Under the pieces are notes generated by a model, which made no database searches, was not told the origin of the DNA, and saw nothing but the letters and a program-made list of their open reading frames with translations. Shown here one piece after another: positions 55,642 through 64,000 of a stretch of 64,000 nt of DNA. Position numbers and translations under genes: made by a program. Positions within the stretch are counted from its first letter, which is position 1. Every line of letters begins with the position of its first letter. The stretch spans positions 124,001 through 188,000 of the IMG/VR virus record IMGVR_UViG_3300027844_001828. One strand, 5' to 3'.

Positions 55642-56202
55642 ATGAAAATAAGAAAAGCCGTATATGCTGGCAGCTTCGATCCTGTGACCAATGGGTATCT
55701 TGATATCATCAAGAGAGCGTCCAAAATTTTTGATGAGGTTATCGTTGCAATTGGTATGAATCCTGGTAAAACACCAATGTTTTCTGCTGATGAAAGATAT
55801 AAATTTGTACATGAAGCCACGTCAGCGAAGAAATTTGGATCGTTGTTGAGCGTGACATATTCGAGGAAGGATTCTAAAAAGATAGAAAAATTTATTCTTT
55901 CGACTGAGGCCGGGGTAGATTACAGTTGCTTGACAGAAAGACGCCTTCATGGTCTTGACTATTCAATAATTGCAGCCCCAAGGAATATTTACGAGAAGTA
56001 CGCCAAGGCAATCGCCAGTGAATACATTGTTCATGGTGGTTGCACAATAAATGAATACGTGAATGGTAGACATAAGTTTTTGAAGAGCACAATAGAGTCG
56101 GATGTTTTCTTGACTGACGAATTTGCACCATCAGAAGCAATGGCTCAGGAAAACATGGAATGGGAAATTGAAAATCTTTATAAAATAGCGGGGTCAGAAT
56201 AA
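55642..56202 (+). CDS. chimeric ORF: CoaD (PPAT) N-terminus with HxGH motif altered, unrelated C-terminus
   Basis: [41 protein letters not shown]; similarity ends near aa 60. Confidence 0.65.
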   Translation: MKIRKAVYAGSFDPVTNGYLDIIKRASKIFDEVIVAIGMNPGKTPMFSADERYKFVHEATSAKKFGSLLSVTYSRKDSKKIEKFILSTEAGVDYSCLTERRLHGLDYSIIAAPRNIYEKYAKAIASEYIVHGGCTINEYVNGRHKFLKSTIESDVFLTDEFAPSEAMAQENMEWEIENLYKIAGSE

Positions 56203-56504
56203 TGGAATTCCCAACAGATCCAGGGAAATCAAGAATAGAAGACACAATAGGGAAGTCTTCAATAGAAAAAAAAGAAGTCGTATCATATGTTGATACTGAA
56301 CATAGTGGGCTCCCTCCTGAACATCGTCCACATCCATTGGATAGAGTCCTTGTAGATTCTTTCTCTTCGATTAGTGACTCAGAGATTAATGAATTGACTT
56401 TTTACGTTCCCATCACGGTATCATTTAAGGACGCTGCCGAAATGGCTGAAAAGATAAAATCAATTAGAACATTGTTCCCTAATTCAACCTTGGAGAAAAG
56501 ATGA
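56202..56504 (+). CDS. hypothetical protein
   Basis: TAATG coupling. Confidence 0.55.
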   Translation: MEFPTDPGKSRIEDTIGKSSIEKKEVVSYVDTEHSGLPPEHRPHPLDRVLVDSFSSISDSEINELTFYVPITVSFKDAAEMAEKIKSIRTLFPNSTLEKR

Positions 56505-56779
56505 AAACATTAGACCTCAAAAAAGTAGCTGAAAAGATCGTTAATTCAGGAGGCTCTCGTAAAATGCTCATGTCATCTAAAGATTTTTGTGAGGTGTCGA
56601 AGAATAGGGATGAGCGGTTTTGGGCTGTCCATTCTTCCTTTTGGGAAGGCGGTGAGAAGTTTGTCATGGTTTGCCCATATATTATGTTGAAAATTTTGAG
56701 CCCTCGCCCCAGACGTGTCGTAAACATGGACCCTTTCCAAGTTATAGTGAAATATTTGTCGCAAACCCCTTGGAATTAA
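56501..56779 (+). CDS. hypothetical protein
   Basis: ATGA overlap, GGAG RBS. Confidence 0.6.
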   Translation: MKTLDLKKVAEKIVNSGGSRKMLMSSKDFCEVSKNRDERFWAVHSSFWEGGEKFVMVCPYIMLKILSPRPRRVVNMDPFQVIVKYLSQTPWN

Positions 56780-56851
56780 CTTTTGCTGAGATATAGTGAT
56801 CACGTTGATATTTAATCCAAACAATTTCTAACTCAGATCGGAGAATATAAC

Positions 56852-58294
56852 ATGGGCCTCAAAGCACACAAGTTTGGCACACATCCGTTTGACACAACCT
56901 ACGATGTGATTGATTCCGCCACACTCCAATGCACTGACCTCAAGAAAGGGTCTAACAAGTTCTATCAGATGGAGTTACACAAAAACGCCTCTGGTTATTG
57001 GAGGATCTTCACAGCTAACGGGCGCACAGGCTCATACTCTACCCAATTGGAGCGTATGCCTGAAGACGAGACGGCAGGACGCGCAGAGTACGCAAAGATT
57101 TTCCGCACCAAGACCACCCGCAAGAGTCAGCCTTATACTAAGGTTGATGTTGTGAATTCCAACCTTGGAACAGATGCTGGGAACCAAGTTGTTCAATCAG
57201 ACGACTTCGATCAGAAGAACATCACCGTTGCCGACACAGGCAAAAAGAATAAATCAAAGAAGGTTATTCCAATCAAGATTTCTCAGTTGGTTTCCAGGCT
57301 CTACAGTGAAGCCGGTAACGCTTGTAAAAGCCAGCTTCATGGAAGTGTTCAAGCGAGTGAAGAGAACCCTCTTGGGACTCTTACAAAAACTCAGATTGAA
57401 GATGGTAGAGCCATTCTTCAAGAGGCGAATGCCATCTTGGTCGCTGACGCCACTCGTATTGACTCAATTGAATCTGAGGTTATCGCTATAACTGACAAGT
57501 TCTACAGCACTATTCCACAGGAAATTGCTCTTCGCCCGAAAACTAAAGCCGGAGAAGATGCCCGTGATGATTGGATGCGTGGAATTGCCCTCAACAATGC
57601 TACAATCCTTGATGATAAGTTTGATCTTCTCGACCTTCTTGGTGATGTGAAGGGAATGATGGGCGGTTTCGCCACGACAGATGAAGAAAAACGTTTGAAA
57701 GAGGCGAACTGTGAGTTTTCTGAAGTGGACAGTGCCACTTTCAAACAGGTCTGCGATCTTATTGTCAATACTCAGTCGAAGCACCACAATTGGAAGTTGA
57801 ATCCAAGGCGAATTTTTTCAATGAAAAGCAAATCTCAATCAAGTCATAAAAAAACAATGGGGGAAACCGGGAATTGTCAAGAACTTTTCCATGGATCTGG
57901 ATCTCAAAATATTTTGGGAATATGTAAACGAGGAATTTTAATACGTCCTCCTGGGGTCTATATTACTGGCGCGTTATTGGGAAACGGGGCTTATTTCGCT
58001 AATAATAGTACAAAATCAAGTCAATATTCTACTGGCAGATTTGGTGGATCTGGATCTTCCAATGGAAATACTTCATTTATGTTTGTTGCCAACGTGGCTC
58101 TTGGGAAAGTGAAAAAATTAAGCAAGGGTAGCAGTTCTATTGTCAAAGCACCGAATGGTTTTGATTCTGTTATGGGGGCTGCTAATTATACAGATTGTGG
58201 ATGGAGTAAACTCCTTCATGATGAATTTGTAGTTTATGATGTTAAACAGCATACTCTTGACTACTTGATTGAATTTGAACAATCTTATAGATAG
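56852..58294 (+). CDS. WGR-domain poly(ADP-ribose) polymerase (WGR + helical + catalytic)
   Basis: NKFYQMEL..NGRTG (WGR); LGTLTKTQIEDG..IL, FYSTIPQ (helical); LFHGS, LGNGAYFA, STKSSQYS, MFVANVALG, HDEFVVY (H-Y-E triad). Confidence 0.9.
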   Translation: MGLKAHKFGTHPFDTTYDVIDSATLQCTDLKKGSNKFYQMELHKNASGYWRIFTANGRTGSYSTQLERMPEDETAGRAEYAKIFRTKTTRKSQPYTKVDVVNSNLGTDAGNQVVQSDDFDQKNITVADTGKKNKSKKVIPIKISQLVSRLYSEAGNACKSQLHGSVQASEENPLGTLTKTQIEDGRAILQEANAILVADATRIDSIESEVIAITDKFYSTIPQEIALRPKTKAGEDARDDWMRGIALNNATILDDKFDLLDLLGDVKGMMGGFATTDEEKRLKEANCEFSEVDSATFKQVCDLIVNTQSKHHNWKLNPRRIFSMKSKSQSSHKKTMGETGNCQELFHGSGSQNILGICKRGILIRPPGVYITGALLGNGAYFANNSTKSSQYSTGRFGGSGSSNGNTSFMFVANVALGKVKKLSKGSSSIVKAPNGFDSVMGAANYTDCGWSKLLHDEFVVYDVKQHTLDYLIEFEQSYR

Positions 58295-58385
58295 AGAGGG
58301 ATTTAACTTTAAGGGTATACTATTGACGAGAGAGAGATTTCTGGTCCAGAAGTAGAGAAGAAAAAAAATATTTTTAATCCAGAGC

Positions 58386-59033
58386 TTGAATCACCGAGAT
58401 GAGGGGGTTATATTGAAAACAGTAAGAACAACAGTGGATGGAAAGACTGAGTTTGAGATGATCGAGGAAGGTGCGGTTGTGGCGGCTTGCAAATACACTC
58501 AGGGAAACGCATCGTTCATACCAACCATTTCAAATCTTAAGGTGAAGCTAAGTGAGAGAAAGAAAGGGTACGCTCGAAAACTAATGATGAAGATCATGGA
58601 AGGGTTTGGCCCTCCGATCCAACTACAGGCGATACCATTTAGAGATTTGGGAGAGAAACAAGATCCTATCACAGTTGAAGATCTAAGAAAATTTTATGAG
58701 TCATTGGGTTTTGAAGGATTGCCAGGAACAAAGTTTATGCTCTGGTATTTGAAAGACAATGATGAGAACATAGCCACGAAGCAATTCTCTTTGTATCTAT
58801 GGGAAGCGAGACTAACGAACATCGAAGGTATCTTTGGTACAGGAAAAACTGAAAAGGAATCAATTGGAGATCTTGTTTCAAGGTATCCAGTAATTTTCGG
58901 AGTCAAGAACATTGGAAAATCAGAAGACAACGATGCTTGGGCAACTGGAGATCTTGCTTCAAGGTATCCAACAATTTTCGGAGTTAAGAACATCGGAAAA
59001 TCAGAAGACAAAGAAGTGGCGGCAACTCATTAG
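58386..59033 (+). CDS. GNAT-like N-terminal domain plus duplicated C-terminal 27-aa repeat
   Basis: ERKKGYARKLM, LRKFYESLGF; repeat GDLxSRYPxIFGVKNIGKSED x2. Confidence 0.6.
   Translation: MNHRDEGVILKTVRTTVDGKTEFEMIEEGAVVAACKYTQGNASFIPTISNLKVKLSERKKGYARKLMMKIMEGFGPPIQLQAIPFRDLGEKQDPITVEDLRKFYESLGFEGLPGTKFMLWYLKDNDENIATKQFSLYLWEARLTNIEGIFGTGKTEKESIGDLVSRYPVIFGVKNIGKSEDNDAWATGDLASRYPTIFGVKNIGKSEDKEVAATH
58866..59010 (+). repeat. 81-bp-period tandem duplication
   Basis: GGAGATCTTG.TTCAAGGTATCCA..AATTTTCGGAGT.AAGAACAT.GGAAAATCAGAAGACA at 58866 and 58947. Confidence 0.9.
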
Positions 59034-59232
59034 AGTGTTAAGTGTTGAGGGAGAACTTGTTAATATTGTCATCCCTGGATTTAGTGCCACAGAAGTGATC
59101 ACCATTACAACTGATAACATTCCATCCGAAGTTTTATCAATTTTTGAACCAGACACAAGGGTTTATGCAAGAGTTAATATTGGGGTGGAAGATTCCCAAC
59201 ACCTTGATTTTTCAGATTGGAGTACATCATGA
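58912..59232 (+). CDS. hypothetical phage protein (true start uncertain, overlaps upstream gene)
   Basis: WRQLIRVLSV...IPG...IP...RVNIG...LDFSDW looks like a folded small domain. Confidence 0.45.
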   Translation: MENQKTTMLGQLEILLQGIQQFSELRTSENQKTKKWRQLIRVLSVEGELVNIVIPGFSATEVITITTDNIPSEVLSIFEPDTRVYARVNIGVEDSQHLDFSDWSTS

Positions 59233-59393
59233 GATATAGAATAACACTCTCAAACTCCACCGTCCCCTTGATTGCCAGAAAACATTTTTCAACCAGATGC
59301 CATGTTTGCAATAGTTTGTTTACCAGACATGGTTGTTCAAATTGTCCGCCAAGTCCAAGATATAACACCAAACAAAAAACAGGAGAGAGCAAG

Positions 59394-60041
59394 ATGCAAA
59401 AGACATTGACAGTAGCAGTGAGTGACGAAATCCACAATGGATTTGTAGCCAACGGCTGTGAATTCAGCGCCCATGACATCACCGTTGCCATTCGTAAAAA
59501 GATCAACGCGGGCGATTTGGAGATTCACGGTCTTCCGTTTCAAGATGTTGACGGGACTCCGAATACGCAGCGTATCGAACATGACGCTGTACGAACTGAA
59601 GTTCATGGTGTCTGTGGTGTTGATAACATCACCGGATATGCTCGCAAGTGGAACAGAACTGTCGGCTATTTTAGCTGGACCTTAGATGCTGCCACCGATG
59701 ACGATGACGATGACTTCGTAAACATTGCAACCAAGGATGGCACTTCCGTTATCTGGAATTCGCAAACACCAGCGCCCGCCCTCCCGCCAAAGACGCCGAC
59801 GATCAAGGCCAATGCGGCGGCAAATCCGAATGATCATATCGTCATCGGAAAGATCCTAAACTATGTCAATGGCAGAGTTAACGATGGTGTCAACCCCACG
59901 TTGAAGGCAACACAGAGTTGCATCAAGCGTAACCCTCTTACGGTCAGACAAATCTCTGATATCGTACAGAACAATGGTTACAAGATCAGCAATGATGGAG
60001 GAAAGGCGTACTGTTATTCCGAAATCACACCCTCAAGCTAA
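59394..60041 (+). CDS. hypothetical protein
   Basis: AGGAGAG RBS before ATG 59394. Confidence 0.7.
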   Translation: MQKTLTVAVSDEIHNGFVANGCEFSAHDITVAIRKKINAGDLEIHGLPFQDVDGTPNTQRIEHDAVRTEVHGVCGVDNITGYARKWNRTVGYFSWTLDAATDDDDDDFVNIATKDGTSVIWNSQTPAPALPPKTPTIKANAAANPNDHIVIGKILNYVNGRVNDGVNPTLKATQSCIKRNPLTVRQISDIVQNNGYKISNDGGKAYCYSEITPSS

Positions 60042-60062
60042 TTCGCGGGGTCATGGTATAAT

Positions 60063-60096
60063 AAGATGAGGGCTGCGAAAGCGGTCCTCATCTTTT
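60063..60096 (+). terminator. intrinsic terminator
   Basis: AAGATGAGGGCTGC-GAAA-GCGGTCCTCATCTT followed by TT. Confidence 0.8.
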
Positions 60097-60132
60097 GGTT
60101 ATAACTAAACTATTGCTAATATAGGTAAATAT

Positions 60133-60432
60133 ATGGATCAGTATAGAAATCAGGTAGACCGCTTCCTCATGGCATTTAATTCAATGAGTGCCCTGGTGAA
60201 GATTCATATGATAATGTTCGATGTATCAACTAAAACATTATCATTCTCTGTCTCATTAGAGATTTATGACAAGTATCTCAATGATGATAAGTATGGTAGC
60301 ATGAACAATTTCGTTCATTTGTCTCAGGCTTTTTTCGACCAAATACACGTGATTTCGAATTCATACTTCGGTGAATCTGTTGATTGGGACGAGGTCAATC
60401 AAATAGGAATGGTAAAAGTAGCTATAAAATGA
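60133..60432 (+). CDS. hypothetical protein
   Basis: ORF track. Confidence 0.55.
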   Translation: MDQYRNQVDRFLMAFNSMSALVKIHMIMFDVSTKTLSFSVSLEIYDKYLNDDKYGSMNNFVHLSQAFFDQIHVISNSYFGESVDWDEVNQIGMVKVAIK

Positions 60433-60503
60433 TGCAGGGGTTTTAGATTCAATTAATGAATAAATATCTTGTGGTTTAATTTTTATACTAGGGTCATTAA
60501 ATA

Positions 60504-62111
60504 ATGAAAATAAAAACAGTAAGAGTCGCTCAAGATGCCAATACTCAAATTAGACAAGATGCAGAAATTGCATTGGCAAACATAATTCAGTATCTTAGCA
60601 ATCAAAATGTTGATAAGGCAGTGGTTGATAATTTTTATGATGAGCTTGTCGGTGAGATCTCAAACATTGAGCTTGAAGGCAGAGAAGAAGAGATCGCAAG
60701 TATTTACATAGCGAACACTGTCTTGGCCGACCTTGTTAAAAACATTAAGATTTTAGATGCGGACAAAGATAGAGGTGCCTCCGCCGAGGATGTTGGATAT
60801 TTAATAGAGCAGACTTATGGGGCTGGTATTATTGATGCGATCAATGCAAATCCAGACAAGTTGACCCCAGCAGAGATGGATGAGAATATATCAATCGCCA
60901 CAGGCGGTCTGGATTTCACTCAGAAGTTTTTCAATCTCATTCCACATATAAGAGATTCGGCCACCACAGTGGCCGCTTACGATTTCAAGAGTGTGTTCGT
61001 GGCGTATGCCACAGAAGTAGATCTTCAAGACGGAGATAGTGAAGAACTAAAGAATATTCAATCCGTTTACCTCGCAATGTTATTGAAAGGGCATTTCAAT
61101 GCAGATGATCTAAACGCATCATTCATTAAATTAAAAGAAGTCGTGTCATCAAACAGGGCGAATCAGAGTCTTGAGCAAATCTGGTCCAGATATAATGATG
61201 CCGAAGATAAAGAAATTCCATTAAGAGATGCGATGGCGGCAATCAATGAGGCTACAACTTCACTTGAGAAATCGGTTTTTGGAACGGAAACATTTAAGGG
61301 TGAAGAAATTTCAGAACCAATGACCTTCTCTGACGAACCAATGTTCTTCTCTGACGAGCCAACGGTTGAAGAGCAATCTTCTGCGCTCGTCCCAACACCA
61401 GGGAATAAACAAGAAGAACCAGCGGCACAAGCGCCTGCGCAAGAAACGCCGCCGCCGAGTATGGACCCGTCGCCGCCGAAACCGACGCCGCCGAGTATGG
61501 ACCCACCGCCGCCGAGTATGGACCCGCCTATTCCACCTGACGTGAAAGAAGAGGAAAAGCCAGAACCACTTCCGGGCGAAACACAATCTCAGTACAATGA
61601 AAGAGCAAAGAGAATTGAAATAGCCGATGACGCCGAAGAAGAAGCGGCGATGGGTGTTATTTACAAAACGTTGAAAAGTCTTAAGATGGCGGACATGAGA
61701 ATTCGTGCCGCTTGGGAACGTTATAGATCCGGGGGAGAGTTTAACGACTTGAAGCAGGAGGTTGAAAAATATTTCTATGTAGAGTTGACGAATGTCGGCT
61801 CTGGTATTAAAGGAAAGATGAATGAAGGAGATCAGGCGGCGAAAGCGAAGGATGACCTTGGCTCTGCCGCTAACCAGAATACTCAGAATATGAATGAACA
61901 GGATATTAATGCTGACTTCAGTGCTTTCGGCTACGACACCGGATACATGGACCCAAATCAAACGTGGACAAGCGTGACTCTTAATAGGCTACCCAAAACT
62001 GCGAACTCAGGATTGGAGTTAAGACTAAGAATGGAAGACCCATTACCACCTGTCTATAGGGGGCTGATACCTTCACAGTCATCAGATTCTTTCTCTTTGA
62101 TAAGAAAATAG
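60504..62111 (+). CDS. large acidic helical protein with Pro-rich (PPSMDP)x3 hinge
   Basis: 535-aa ORF; repeats EPMxFSDEP and PPSMDP. Confidence 0.75.
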   Translation: MKIKTVRVAQDANTQIRQDAEIALANIIQYLSNQNVDKAVVDNFYDELVGEISNIELEGREEEIASIYIANTVLADLVKNIKILDADKDRGASAEDVGYLIEQTYGAGIIDAINANPDKLTPAEMDENISIATGGLDFTQKFFNLIPHIRDSATTVAAYDFKSVFVAYATEVDLQDGDSEELKNIQSVYLAMLLKGHFNADDLNASFIKLKEVVSSNRANQSLEQIWSRYNDAEDKEIPLRDAMAAINEATTSLEKSVFGTETFKGEEISEPMTFSDEPMFFSDEPTVEEQSSALVPTPGNKQEEPAAQAPAQETPPPSMDPSPPKPTPPSMDPPPPSMDPPIPPDVKEEEKPEPLPGETQSQYNERAKRIEIADDAEEEAAMGVIYKTLKSLKMADMRIRAAWERYRSGGEFNDLKQEVEKYFYVELTNVGSGIKGKMNEGDQAAKAKDDLGSAANQNTQNMNEQDINADFSAFGYDTGYMDPNQTWTSVTLNRLPKTANSGLELRLRMEDPLPPVYRGLIPSQSSDSFSLIRK

Positions 62112-62195
62112 GTCAAACAGGTTTGTAAAGCCGCATTGTTGGGTTATGGTATTGGATGCTGAGCAAATCAGCTTCAACCAAAACAGAATATAACA

Positions 62196-62468
62196 ATGAG
62201 GTGTCTGATGACCACGAACAAGCAGATCGAAGAACTTCGCGAAGAGAACCGTGCCCTCAAGGCCAATCTCGCCAGAGCCAAGGGTTTGTTTCGTTCTCTT
62301 GAGTCAATGTTGGACATCAACGCCTCAATTCTCAAGGGCGACACCACGGGGTGTCACGACGCTTGGCGTTATACGGAAAAGGCAACATTTAACCTTCGCT
62401 CATTCTTTGACAGAGTTTATGGGGTAAAAGAACTCGTGGAGAAGAGCCGTGCAGAAAACCATTCATGA
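62196..62468 (+). CDS. small coiled-coil protein
   Basis: ELREENRALKANL; promoter TTGTAA-N16-TATGGT at 62123-62150. Confidence 0.6.
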   Translation: MRCLMTTNKQIEELREENRALKANLARAKGLFRSLESMLDINASILKGDTTGCHDAWRYTEKATFNLRSFFDRVYGVKELVEKSRAENHS

Positions 62469-63021
62469 TACGATAGAGTTCAAACCGGAATTGGTGTTTT
62501 TATCTTCGAAATACGGTAAGAAAGGGGGCATCTTCTCTCTTACCAACATTCCGATTGGAGAATCTATAACGATTGGGCGAAGCCCTAATTGTGACGTTTC
62601 GCGTCCGACAAGTAGTGCCTTAAGTAAAATACACTACAAAATCGTTAGGGTGGAGACCAAAAGGTTTGTTCTTGAAGACTGTGATAGCACGAATGGAACA
62701 TTCATCAATGGTTTGCAAGCTCATGAATCAAATATTGATGCCGGTGACATTATAGGCTCCGGTGATATTGAGATCTTGTTTAATGATGGCAATCCTCTCA
62801 ACACAAAGAACAAGGCAGTAATTGATTGGACTACAGAAAGTTTCAATGCCGAAGACATGGACAGCTTGAACCCATTCAACAATGGTGATTCAGCAATCGA
62901 TAAAATTAAAAAGAAAAAGACTGACTTAACGGTTAAGGTGATTTTATTTACCTTAGTCATCATCGCTTGCTTGGTCGGCGGATCATTGCTCGCATTATTA
63001 ATCGGATTGGGGATACTCTAA
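62449..63021 (+). CDS. FHA-domain protein with C-terminal TM anchor
   Basis: TIGRSPNCD, LSKIH, LEDCDSTNGTFING, GDII..G; C-terminal hydrophobic helix. Confidence 0.88.
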   Translation: MQKTIHDTIEFKPELVFLSSKYGKKGGIFSLTNIPIGESITIGRSPNCDVSRPTSSALSKIHYKIVRVETKRFVLEDCDSTNGTFINGLQAHESNIDAGDIIGSGDIEILFNDGNPLNTKNKAVIDWTTESFNAEDMDSLNPFNNGDSAIDKIKKKKTDLTVKVILFTLVIIACLVGGSLLALLIGLGIL

Positions 63022-63546
63022 ATGGAATATAAATACAAGGCAATGGATGGGCAAGGCAAAGAGTGTAAAGGAACTGTTGCTGCCAAGAGCGAGAATGAGG
63101 CCTGTTCTCTTATCAAAGAAATGGGTCAGTTCCCAATAAGTATTACCCCTGTTGGAGCCGAAAATGGTGAGAAAGAACATAGTAAGGCTCGTAAAGGTTT
63201 CGCTCTCATTATGGACAACCTCAAAGAGGCGGTTGAGACCTGGGATGGGCCAAACAAAGATGAGCCCGAATTGTCCGATTTAGAACGGGAGACCTCAAAC
63301 GCTCTTAAACTCTCAGGGTTCGGCAAACACATAGTTGATTTTGTTTGCAAGTGCGTCAAAGACCGCAAGAATCCAAAGGAAGTTTTGCTTCACATGTATA
63401 CAGCAGAACAAGAACTCCCCATTCAATTGTTGTTCGCATGGATCGAGAATCCCACCGATGAAAATGTGAAAAAACTTGGAAAGAGATTGAATATTGACAT
63501 AGACAAGACTATCTTGAACATGGAGCAAGAAAATGCAAAGGAATGA
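63022..63546 (+). CDS. protein with PilC/GspF-like N-terminal ~45 aa fused to unrelated domain
   Basis: YKYKAMDGQGKECKGTVAAKSENEACSLIKEMGQFPISI pattern; no T2SSF TM domains. Confidence 0.6.
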   Translation: MEYKYKAMDGQGKECKGTVAAKSENEACSLIKEMGQFPISITPVGAENGEKEHSKARKGFALIMDNLKEAVETWDGPNKDEPELSDLERETSNALKLSGFGKHIVDFVCKCVKDRKNPKEVLLHMYTAEQELPIQLLFAWIENPTDENVKKLGKRLNIDIDKTILNMEQENAKE

Positions 63547-63722
63547 CACGCGAGTAATTGAACCATTCGGTTTTATGGGATTCTTTTTCTTGTTATGTTT
63601 GGAGGGGAGGCAGGTTCCCCAAGAAACAACAGACCTAAGATGAATCCGTGGTTCATTGTGTCAGTAATTTTTGCGGAGGCAATCTTAATTATAATAGTTT
63701 AACATAAACATCGAGAATTAAA

Positions 63723-63992
63723 ATGAAAAAACCTGTGCTAAAAAGATTTACATTTATTGAAATCCTTGTGGTTGCAGCTATAGTTTTTATCATAGGACCA
63801 ATGATTTTTTCTGGTGTTTATCAGAAAACTGTTTATGATAAACACAAGGCTATTAAATCTCTTTATATATTCACAATGTCAAAAGAACAGTTTTATGAGT
63901 TCTACAATGTTGACAATGATGTTATGAAAGCCGAGTTGAATGCATTATCCGAAAATAAATTGCACCCAAGGGACTCTTTACACTTTAAATAG
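63723..63992 (+). CDS. prepilin-type N-terminal cleavage/methylation-like small protein
   Basis: KKPVLKR-FTFIEILVVAAIVFII; Arg instead of Gly at -1. Confidence 0.65.
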   Translation: MKKPVLKRFTFIEILVVAAIVFIIGPMIFSGVYQKTVYDKHKAIKSLYIFTMSKEQFYEFYNVDNDVMKAELNALSENKLHPRDSLHFK

Positions 63993-64000
63993 TGGTTTCC

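Noticed and set aside
460-63549. Numerous short antisense or alternate-frame ORFs in the track (e.g. 7454..7927-, 27930..28484-, 54570..54929+, 61311..61961-)
   Set aside because: Shadows of well-supported genes; low-complexity translations of Ser/Pro repeats
1-64000. Genome-wide stop-codon reassignment (TAG or TGA)
   Set aside because: Long conserved genes end normally at TAG and TGA (e.g. nrdJ TAG, nadE TGA); the two internal stops are of different types

Overview
This 64-kb window looks like part of a large lytic (jumbo-type) bacteriophage genome. It is gene-dense, mostly + strand, with many short orphan ORFs and sigma70-like promoters; I recognised no integrase, rRNA operon, capsid or terminase gene. 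Host-derived genes (McsA/McsB-like pair, PilC/GspF-like N-terminus, FTFIE prepilin-like peptide) hint at a PVC-superphylum host (inference). Main content: (i) translation and nucleotide genes (Thg1, GMP reductase/IMPDH family, PRTase, EF-Ts, class II RNR, thioredoxin, LigA, Rnl2); (ii) a virion/receptor-binding cluster at 4.2-14.2 kb with five copies of a ~320-aa beta-helix module and Ser/Cys linkers; (iii) a dispersed but complete Preiss-Handler NAD+ pathway (PncB, NadD, Gln-dependent NadE) plus a WGR-PARP and a macrodomain; (iv) a proteolysis toolkit (ClpP, McsA, a catalytically degenerate McsB, AAA-M41, papain-like protease); (v) an actin-like ATPase; (vi) a structured-RNA island at 41.8-45.0 kb. 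The island holds an apparent mimic of the 23S rRNA uL11/GTPase-associated centre with a 102-nt insert, a ROOL-like RNA, and a GOLLD-like RNA with an embedded tRNA-Met(CAT)-like element, the two large RNAs each having their own promoter. Several accessory genes are broken by stops, frameshifts or truncation. All family assignments come from motif recognition by eye; no searches were run.
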